Both the position numbers and the translations under genes were made by a program. The notes under the pieces were generated by a model, which was not told where the DNA came from, ran no database searches, and saw only the letters and a list, made by a program, of their open reading frames with translations. From Tidjanibacter sp. (GTDB lineage: Bacteria > Bacteroidota > Bacteroidia > Bacteroidales > Rikenellaceae), in the NCBI GenBank assembly GCA_045543795.1, contig JAZPXV010000015.1:22953-86952 (forward strand): a stretch of 64,000 bases of DNA. Reading direction: 5' to 3'. Of this stretch, positions 26,944-34,454 are shown one piece after another (positions within the stretch are counted from its first letter, which is position 1; every line of letters begins with the position of its first letter).

Positions 26944-27023
26944 CAGGTTGTAATATAAATTGAGGTAATCTGCCACCAAATGTCACTCTGGGTGGGTAGA
27001 TTTGCAGCAAAAAGTGATAGAAA

Positions 27024-27773
27024 ATGGTAGTAATGATACTCTACATATTGGTGATTGTGGTCTGGGCGCTGTTGTCGTTGGTGGCAATGTCCGTCACAGC
27101 ACTGATTGACTTGGTCGTGGGCAAAGAGCGCCGACTGACGCTCTGGCTCTCCTATGTGGTGGCCCGAATGGTCTACCGCCTCTCGCCCGCCTGGAAGGTG
27201 CGCATCGAGGGGCGCGAGAACTTTCCGACCGACAGCCGCCCATACGTCATCACTGCCAACCACCAGTCGTTCTTCGACATTCCGCTTTTGTTTTTCATCC
27301 CCCCTCGCAACGGCTTCAACTTTGTGTCGAAGATAGAGGTACGCAAAATTCCTGCCATAGGATGGATGCTCGGGCTGAGAAACGACATTGTTATCCAACG
27401 AGGCACCACCAAAGCCGCCGCAGCCGTAATGGAGCAGGGCTCGAGACACCTGAAGGGTGGCACCAGTGTAGTAATCTTCCCCGAGGGTACACGCAGCAAG
27501 GATGGCCAGGTACACTTGTTCAAGGAGGGTGCCTTCCGACTGGCCCAGGAGTGTGGCGTAGACATTGTGCCCTGCGTGCTCGACGGCACACCCAACCTGT
27601 TGACCAAGCGAGGGCTCAAGCGCAGCATACTCACCCTGCGAATACTGCCCACCATCAAGGCCGAGCAGATTGAGGGCCAGAATCCACGCGAAGTGGCCCA
27701 GAGAGTACAACAACTCACAGCCGAGGGGCTGGCCGACCTTCGTGAGAGGGTGAAGCAACCCACCGACAAATAG
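27024..27773 (+). CDS. plsC: 1-acyl-sn-glycerol-3-phosphate acyltransferase
   Basis: 249 aa with an N-terminal TM segment and acyltransferase motifs NHQSFFD and FPEGTRS. Confidence 0.85.
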   Translation: MVVMILYILVIVVWALLSLVAMSVTALIDLVVGKERRLTLWLSYVVARMVYRLSPAWKVRIEGRENFPTDSRPYVITANHQSFFDIPLLFFIPPRNGFNFVSKIEVRKIPAIGWMLGLRNDIVIQRGTTKAAAAVMEQGSRHLKGGTSVVIFPEGTRSKDGQVHLFKEGAFRLAQECGVDIVPCVLDGTPNLLTKRGLKRSILTLRILPTIKAEQIEGQNPREVAQRVQQLTAEGLADLRERVKQPTDK

Positions 27774-27828
27774 AGAAAAGAGAGAGATATCGAACAAGAA
27801 ATAATACTATAGATACAAAACTAACAAC

Positions 27829-29703
27829 GTGGCAAACGAAACAAACAAAATAGCAAGTCAGTATACCGACGAGGATATCAAGAAGTTGCCCCCACGCGAA
27901 CAGGTGCGCCTAAGGCCTGGTATGTGGATTGGCAAGCTGGGCGATGGCTCGCTGGCCGAGGATGGTATCTACACACTCATCAAAGAGGTGGTAGACAACT
28001 CGGTCGACGAGTTCACTATGGGACACGGCTCGCTAATCGACATCACTATCGAGGATAAGTGGGTTACCATTAGGGACTATGGTCGTGGCATACCCTTGAA
28101 TATGCTCGACGCCTGTGTGGGCGAGATGAATGTGAGTGGTAAGTACAACGGTGCAGGCTACAAAAAGACCGTAGGTCTGAATGGTGTAGGTCTGAAGGCC
28201 GTCAACTACCTCTCCGAGCACTTCGAGGCTCGTAGCGTCAGGGATGGCAAGTCGCGAACAGTGGTCTTCGAGCAGGGTATCCTCAAGGAGGACAGGCGCG
28301 AGGACAATGTGACCGACAAGCCTGGCACCACGGTGCGCTACCTGGTAGACCAAGAGATTTTCGGCATCTACGACTACAACCCCGAGTATGTCGAGCAGAA
28401 GGTGCGCAACTACACCTATCTGAACACTGGCTTGGCCTTCCGCCTGAATGGCAAGAAGTACGAGTCCAAGCACGGCCTGCTCGACCTGTTGACCGAGAAT
28501 ATGGGCGAGGAGCCTCTCTATGCGCCCATCCACCTGAAGGGCAAGGATATTGAGATTGCCTTCACTCACGGCTCGGGCTATGGCGAGACCTACTTCTCGT
28601 TTGTCAACTCGCAGCACACCACCCAGGGCGGTACCCATCAGGCAGCCTTCAAAGAGGCGGTGTCAAAGACCATCAAGGAGTTCTTCAAGAAGGACTACGA
28701 CCCTGCCGACGTGAGGGCCAGTATTATTGCGGCTGTGAGCGTGAGTGTCGAGGAGCCCGAGTTTGAGAGCCAGACCAAGATTAAGCTCTCGTCGAAGAAT
28801 ATGGGCCCAGGACTGTTGTCGGTGCGCCAGTTCATTGGCGACTTCGTAAAGCAAGAGCTCGACAACTATCTGCACAAGCACTCCGAGACGGCAACCATAA
28901 TGAACAAGAAGATTGCCGACAATGAGAAGGAGCGCAAGGCCATCACCACAGTGCAGAAGAAGGCTCGCGAGATTGCCAAGAAGGTGAGCCTCAACAACCG
29001 CAAGCTGCGCGACTGCAAAATTCACTACTGCGACGACAAGAACCCTCGCAAGGAGGAGTCGATGATATTCATCACCGAGGGACTTTCGGCAAGTGGCTCG
29101 ATTACCGCATCGAGGGATGTTCAGACCCAGGCTGTATTCTCGCTCAGAGGTAAGCCCAAGAACTGCTATGGCGAGAGCAAGACCTTTGTCTACAAAAACG
29201 AGGAGTTCAACCTGCTGCAGGCCGCGCTGGACATCGAAGAGAGCATCGACAACCTGCGCTACAACAAGATTATCATCGCCACCGATGCCGATGTGGATGG
29301 TATGCACATCAGGCTGCTGATGATGAGCTTCTTCTTGCAGTTCTTCCCCGAGGTTATTAGGCAGAATCACCTGTTTGTGTTGCAGACCCCTCTGTTCAGG
29401 GTGCAGAACAAGCAGCAGACCAAGATACTCTACTGCTACAACGAGGAGGAGAAGCAGAAGGCTATGGACGAGATTGGGCCCAACTATGAGGTTACGCGAT
29501 TCAAAGGTTTGGGCGAGATTTCGTCGAGCGAGTTCAAGGAGTTCATTGGCCCCAAGATGAGGCTCGAGCCTGTGAAGATTTCGGCCGAGGAGCCCATCCA
29601 CACGATGCTGGAGTTCTATATGGGCAGCAACACCCCCGAACGCCAGGGCTTCATTATCGACAACCTGCGCATCGAGGCCGACTATGTCGATGACCTTAGG
29701 TAG
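27829..29703 (+). CDS. parE: DNA topoisomerase IV subunit B
   Basis: 624 aa with a GTG start, GHKL ATPase plus TOPRIM domains (EGLSASGS, ATDADVDGMHI). The short GyrB-like form directly upstream of a ParC-type subunit matches the Bacteroidetes topo IV arrangement. Confidence 0.85.
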   Translation: MANETNKIASQYTDEDIKKLPPREQVRLRPGMWIGKLGDGSLAEDGIYTLIKEVVDNSVDEFTMGHGSLIDITIEDKWVTIRDYGRGIPLNMLDACVGEMNVSGKYNGAGYKKTVGLNGVGLKAVNYLSEHFEARSVRDGKSRTVVFEQGILKEDRREDNVTDKPGTTVRYLVDQEIFGIYDYNPEYVEQKVRNYTYLNTGLAFRLNGKKYESKHGLLDLLTENMGEEPLYAPIHLKGKDIEIAFTHGSGYGETYFSFVNSQHTTQGGTHQAAFKEAVSKTIKEFFKKDYDPADVRASIIAAVSVSVEEPEFESQTKIKLSSKNMGPGLLSVRQFIGDFVKQELDNYLHKHSETATIMNKKIADNEKERKAITTVQKKAREIAKKVSLNNRKLRDCKIHYCDDKNPRKEESMIFITEGLSASGSITASRDVQTQAVFSLRGKPKNCYGESKTFVYKNEEFNLLQAALDIEESIDNLRYNKIIIATDADVDGMHIRLLMMSFFLQFFPEVIRQNHLFVLQTPLFRVQNKQQTKILYCYNEEEKQKAMDEIGPNYEVTRFKGLGEISSSEFKEFIGPKMRLEPVKISAEEPIHTMLEFYMGSNTPERQGFIIDNLRIEADYVDDLR

Positions 29704-29715
29704 AGTTGAAAATTA

Positions 29716-29787
29716 TTTAAGGACCTTAAAGCCCTTAAAGTCCTTAATGACTTAGGACGATTAGACGTTTGACGTTAGACGTTAGAC
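29716..29787. repeat. 9-bp CTTAARGNC array (locus 2) followed by a 7-bp GACGTTA array, filling the parE-parC spacer
   Basis: TTTAAGGAC CTTAAAGCC CTTAAAGTC CTTAATGAC TTAG, then GACGATTA GACGTTT GACGTTA GACGTTA GAC. The parC ATG is at 29800. Confidence 0.9.
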
Positions 29788-29799
29788 AAAACAAAAAAG

Positions 29800-32799
29800 A
29801 TGGAAGATAATAAAAACATAGAGAATCTTAACAACGAGAATTTGGAGCAGGTTAGCACCACTACCGACGAGCCTATCGAGGCCACCGAGGCCGACGAGGT
29901 TGTGGAGGTAAAGGATGTCAACTCGCGCAAACTCTCCGACAAGTATGCCAAGCTGATGGGTGAGGGCGGCAAGGCTCGCACCAAGCTGACGGGATTGTAC
30001 CGCGACTGGTTTTTGGATTACGCCTCGTATGTAATCCTGGAGCGTGCGGTGCCCTACATCGACGATGGTCTGAAGCCCGTACAGCGACGTATTCTGCACT
30101 CGATGAGGCGTATGTATGACGGCAGCCGCATCAAGGTGGCCAACATTGTGGGCCACACAATGCAGTTCCACCCCCACGGCGACGCCTCGATTGGCGATGC
30201 GCTGGTGCAGTTAGGCCAGAAGAACCTGCTTATTGACACCCAGGGTAACTGGGGTAACATACTGACGGGCGACGGAGCTGCCGCACCTCGTTACATCGAG
30301 GCCAGGCTGTCGAAGTTTGCGCTGGAGGTTGTATTTAGCCCCAAGATTACCGAGTGGATGCTCTCATACGACGGCCGCAACAAAGAGCCCGTAACGCTGC
30401 CCGTCAAGTTCCCCTTGCTGCTGGCACAGGGTGTAGATGGTATTGCAGTAGGTCTGTCGTCGAAGATTCTGCCCCACAACTTCAACGAGCTGTTAGACGG
30501 CTGCGTGGCACACCTCAAGGGCGAGGAGTTTGAGCTCTACCCCGACTTCCCCACTGGCGGTCTGATGGACGTGAGCCGTTATAACGACGGCTTGAGGGGT
30601 GGCTCGGTCAAGGTTAGGGCTCGCATCAACAAGATAGACAAGCGCACCATTGCCATTACCGAGATTCCCTTTACCACCACGTCCGAGAGTGTGAAGGAGT
30701 CGATCGTAAAGGCCTCGGAGCAGGGCAGGATAAAGATTAAGAACGTAGACGACAACACCGCCTCGACGGTGGAGTTGTTGGTACACGTTGCTGCAGGCGA
30801 GTCGCTGGACAAGACCATCGACGCTCTGTATGCCTTCACCGACTGCCAGGTGTCGATTTCGCCCAATGCGTGTGTCATTCGCGACGACAAGCCCTGTTTC
30901 TTGGGCGTAAAGGATATTCTGCGCTACAATGCCGAGCACACTCGTTCGCTGCTGGGCAAGGAGTTGCAGGTGAGGCTCGATGAGTTGAATGAGGAGTGGC
31001 ACATGGCCTCGCTCGAGCGCATATTTATTCAGAACAAGATTTACCAGGTGCTCGAGAAGTGCAAGTCACCCGAGGAGGCCTACAAGGCTGTGGATGATGC
31101 ACTAGAGCCCTTCAAGAAGTTGCTCCGCAGAGAGGTGACCAGAGAGGATGTAATCAAGCTCACCGAGCTGAAGTTTATCCGCATCACTCGCTACGACCTC
31201 GACAAGGCCGACAACCACATCAAGGCAGTCGAGAAAGAGACCAAGCAGGTACGCCACGACCTGGCCCACCTGACCGACTACGCCATTGCCTACTTTGAGG
31301 GCATCAAAGAGCGTTACGGCAAGGGGCGCGAGCGCAAGACCGAGATTAGGGAGTTCGACACCATTGCCCAGTCGAAGGTGGCCGTAATAAACTCTAAACT
31401 CTATGTCGACCGCGAGGGTGGTTTCTTTGGTATTGGCAACCAGATGCGCCAGTACACCTACGTTTGCGAGTGCTCGGATATGGACGATGTGATTATATTT
31501 GCCGAGGACGGCCGCTACACCATACGCAAGGTGCTCGACAAAGACTACTTCGCCCCAGGGATTGTCTATGTGGGCGTGTTCCGCAGGGGCGACGAGCGCA
31601 CCATCTACAACGTGCTCTACCGCGATGGCGACAAGGGTGCCAATATGATGAAGCGTTGCGCCATCAGCGCCATCACACGCGACAAGGAGTACAACATCAC
31701 AAAGGGTACCCCCAAGAGCCGCATTCTGCACCTGAGTGTCAATCCCAATGGCGAGGCCGAGGTATTGAAGATTATCTTCCGCCAGAAGGCCAAGCTGAAG
31801 AAGGCTATTGTAGACCTCGACTTCAGCCAGTTGGCAATCAAGGGCCGCAGTTCGCAGGGCAACATATTCTCGCGCAACCCCATTCACAAGATTCTGGTCA
31901 AACAGAAGGGCATCTCTACCCTGTCGGGCCAGCAGATTTGGTACGACGAGGATGTCAAGAGGCTCAACGATAGTGGTCACGGCAGGCTGTTGGGCGAGTT
32001 TGAGGGCAACGACAAGATTATTGTCTTTACCTCGAAAGACCAGTTCTACACCACTGGCTACGACGTCGGCCACCACTTCCCCGAGGATACCACCAGGGTT
32101 GAGAAGTACGACTCGGCCAGAATATACAGCGTAATCTATTGGGACAGCGTAGCCCAGTATTACTATGTCAAGAGGTTTATGGCCGAGGCCAACGACAAAA
32201 TGTCGTGGTTTGTGGATGAGGAGAATCCCAAGTCGAAGGCCATAGCCCTGACCGACGAGCCCAGGCCCGCAATGGAGGTTGTCTATGGTGGCGTTCACTC
32301 GACCAAGCCTTCAGACATCATCGACGTGGCCGAATTTATTGGCGTCAAGGGCTATAAGGCCAAAGGCAAGAGGGTTACGACCTACGAGGTCGAGAAGTTG
32401 AGGTTCATACCCAGCTACTTTGCCCCCACCCCAACCGAGCCCGAGGGTGGCAACGAGAATGACGAGCAGCAGAGCGAGCAGACCACCGAGCCAGCAATGG
32501 CACAGCCCGACTTTGAGTTAGTTCAGCCCGACGTGGCAGAGCAGAGCGTGGCAGAGCAGAGTGAAGAGCTTGTGGCACCCGAGAAGCCAAAGGCAAAGGC
32601 GACATCGAGAGCCAAGAGCGAGCAGCCCGACCACTATGTTGCGCCCGAGGTTGTCGAGGCCCCGGCGGTGGTGCCCCTCGATGACGACGAGCCCGTAGCT
32701 GTGGGGCCCACCGAGGATGTGGTGCTCGAGATAATCGTGCCCACAGGCGACGACGAGCCCTCGCACAACCCCGACATTCAACAGCTAAACCTATTTTAG
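29800..32799 (+). CDS. parC: DNA topoisomerase IV subunit A with a long acidic C-terminal extension
   Basis: 999 aa with GyrA/ParC N-terminal motifs (DGLKPVQRRILH, active-site region AAPRYIEARL). It is paired with parE. The last ~130 aa are low-complexity (E/P/V/A rich). Confidence 0.85.
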   Translation: MEDNKNIENLNNENLEQVSTTTDEPIEATEADEVVEVKDVNSRKLSDKYAKLMGEGGKARTKLTGLYRDWFLDYASYVILERAVPYIDDGLKPVQRRILHSMRRMYDGSRIKVANIVGHTMQFHPHGDASIGDALVQLGQKNLLIDTQGNWGNILTGDGAAAPRYIEARLSKFALEVVFSPKITEWMLSYDGRNKEPVTLPVKFPLLLAQGVDGIAVGLSSKILPHNFNELLDGCVAHLKGEEFELYPDFPTGGLMDVSRYNDGLRGGSVKVRARINKIDKRTIAITEIPFTTTSESVKESIVKASEQGRIKIKNVDDNTASTVELLVHVAAGESLDKTIDALYAFTDCQVSISPNACVIRDDKPCFLGVKDILRYNAEHTRSLLGKELQVRLDELNEEWHMASLERIFIQNKIYQVLEKCKSPEEAYKAVDDALEPFKKLLRREVTREDVIKLTELKFIRITRYDLDKADNHIKAVEKETKQVRHDLAHLTDYAIAYFEGIKERYGKGRERKTEIREFDTIAQSKVAVINSKLYVDREGGFFGIGNQMRQYTYVCECSDMDDVIIFAEDGRYTIRKVLDKDYFAPGIVYVGVFRRGDERTIYNVLYRDGDKGANMMKRCAISAITRDKEYNITKGTPKSRILHLSVNPNGEAEVLKIIFRQKAKLKKAIVDLDFSQLAIKGRSSQGNIFSRNPIHKILVKQKGISTLSGQQIWYDEDVKRLNDSGHGRLLGEFEGNDKIIVFTSKDQFYTTGYDVGHHFPEDTTRVEKYDSARIYSVIYWDSVAQYYYVKRFMAEANDKMSWFVDEENPKSKAIALTDEPRPAMEVVYGGVHSTKPSDIIDVAEFIGVKGYKAKGKRVTTYEVEKLRFIPSYFAPTPTEPEGGNENDEQQSEQTTEPAMAQPDFELVQPDVAEQSVAEQSEELVAPEKPKAKATSRAKSEQPDHYVAPEVVEAPAVVPLDDDEPVAVGPTEDVVLEIIVPTGDDEPSHNPDIQQLNLF

Positions 32800-32986
32800 A
32801 ATTGAAAATTGAAAATGGAAAATTGAAAATTTTTTAAGGGCCTTAATGACCTTAAAGCCCTTAAAGCCCCACAACCACTCCTCCCCTAAGTTAGGGGAGG
32901 TGACCGAAGGTCGGAGGGGTCTGCTCAAACACTCGTGCCAAAGGCACACCACAATTTTCAATTGTCCATTTTCAATTTTCAATTTC
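32800..32986. repeat. Composite MITE-like element with ~34-bp inverted arms of TTGAAAA heptads enclosing other modules
   Basis: The left arm AATTGAAAATTGAAAATGGAAAATTGAAAATTTT (32800-32833) pairs with the right arm ACAATTTTCAATTGTCCATTTTCAATTTTCAATTTC (32951-32986). The interior holds a 9-bp array (32833-32868), REP-like unit A, and GTGCCAAAGGCAC (32935-32947). Confidence 0.85.
32866..32924 (-). repeat. Two-hairpin REP-like unit, copy A
   Basis: The reverse complement reads GCAGACCCCTCC-GACC-TTC-GGTC-A-CCTCCCC-TAACTTA-GGGGAGG-AGTGGTTGTGGGGC. Confidence 0.85.
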
Positions 32987-33024
32987 AACCCGTCGTTCGA
33001 CTTTAGACGTTAGACAAAAAGAAA

Positions 33025-33534
33025 ATGGTTCTGTTTTTGGTAGGATTTATGGGGTGCGGCAAGAGCACCGTTGGTCGTAAGCTGGCCGAAGCAAAGGGCT
33101 ACAACTTTGTAGACCTCGATGCCGAGGTGGCCCGTATGGCTGGAATGAGTGTGCAGGAGATTTTTGCCACACAGGGAGAAGAGGCCTTCCGCCAGATGGA
33201 GCGACAAGCCATAGAACAACTATCGCTGGACGACCGCACAGTGGTGGCCACAGGTGGCGGTGCCCCCTGCTACGGCGACAATATGCAGCTGCTCAAGGCC
33301 AAAGGCACAACCGTATATCTGAAGATGTCGGCCGAAGCACTGACCGAAAGGCTCCAGCACGTCAGGGTTCCGAGGCCCAAAGTGGCAGGTATGGATGCCG
33401 AGCAGTTGGGTGACTATGTCACACGCCTGTTGGCCGAGCGCGAGCCCATATATATGCAGTCGAGGGTGATTGTGGACTGCAACAATGTGAGCAGCGGAAT
33501 GGTGGCAGGCAAGTTGCGCTACCTACTTAAGTAG
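33025..33534 (+). CDS. aroK: Shikimate kinase
   Basis: 169 aa with P-loop GFMGCGKST and ATGGG motif. Confidence 0.9.
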   Translation: MVLFLVGFMGCGKSTVGRKLAEAKGYNFVDLDAEVARMAGMSVQEIFATQGEEAFRQMERQAIEQLSLDDRTVVATGGGAPCYGDNMQLLKAKGTTVYLKMSAEALTERLQHVRVPRPKVAGMDAEQLGDYVTRLLAEREPIYMQSRVIVDCNNVSSGMVAGKLRYLLK

Positions 33535-33584
33535 AAGCCAATTAATTACTCAACAATATTAGTAACCAAGCAAAAAAAGCAATT

Positions 33585-34373
33585 ATGTTTGACAACAGGC
33601 CCATAGGAGTATTCGATTCGGGAATGGGAGGACTATCGGTATGGCAAGCGCTACGCCGCGAGTTGCCCCACGAGTCGCTCGTCTACCTGGCCGACGGCAA
33701 GAACTGCCCCTATGGCAACAAGCCTGCCGCCGAGGTGGCCGAGCATGTGAGCCACGCCATCGACGAGCTCGTAAGGCGAAATGTCAAGCTGATTGTTGTG
33801 GCCTGCAACACCGCCACCGCCGTAGCCATCGAGGCTATGAGGCAGCGCTACCCCGAGATACCCTTTGTGGGTATGGAGCCAGCCGTAAAGCCTGCCGCCC
33901 TGACCACCAAGACGGGCACAATAGGCATATTGGCCACCCGTGCGGCACTGGCAGGCGAGCTATTCCGCCACACTTGCGAGAAGTACTCCGACGGGGTACG
34001 AATCATAAGCGCCGTAGGCGAAGGCTTTGTTGAGGCCGTCGAGGAGGGGCGCGAGAGCGATGCCGACACACTGATGCGCATACGCAAGGCTGTGGGGCCG
34101 ATGCTCGAGGCTGGGGCCGACAAGATTGTATTGGGCTGTACCCACTATCCCTTCTTGGCCCGACAAATACACGAAGTCATAGGCGAGCGCGAGGTCGAAC
34201 TGATAAACCCAGCGCCTGCCGTTGCTCGTAGGGCCGCCTGGTTGCTCGACCAGCACCATACAGCCGCTGCCCCCGACCACAAGCCCGACTACTCGTTTGT
34301 GACCTTTGCCGACGACAGCTACCTGGCCCGCATAACCGACAAGGCTATGATGTTGGCCGAGGAAGAGGAGTAG
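33585..34373 (+). CDS. murI: Glutamate racemase
   Basis: 262 aa with FDSGMGGLSV and the catalytic Cys motifs VACNTAT and GCTHYP. Confidence 0.92.
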   Translation: MFDNRPIGVFDSGMGGLSVWQALRRELPHESLVYLADGKNCPYGNKPAAEVAEHVSHAIDELVRRNVKLIVVACNTATAVAIEAMRQRYPEIPFVGMEPAVKPAALTTKTGTIGILATRAALAGELFRHTCEKYSDGVRIISAVGEGFVEAVEEGRESDADTLMRIRKAVGPMLEAGADKIVLGCTHYPFLARQIHEVIGEREVELINPAPAVARRAAWLLDQHHTAAAPDHKPDYSFVTFADDSYLARITDKAMMLAEEEE

Positions 34374-34454
34374 AAGATTTCGCAGACGACATCCTATTAG
34401 CCACACACAATTCAACCCACTTACCTACCAAACACCTTATACCACACACACGAT

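Noticed and set aside
32791-32988. 65-aa minus-strand ORF; likewise 26807-27010 and 10435-10707.
   Set aside because: They lie wholly within the intergenic repeat modules (heptad arms, 9-mer arrays), and the translated repeats give the KIEN/LKALK-type low-complexity strings.
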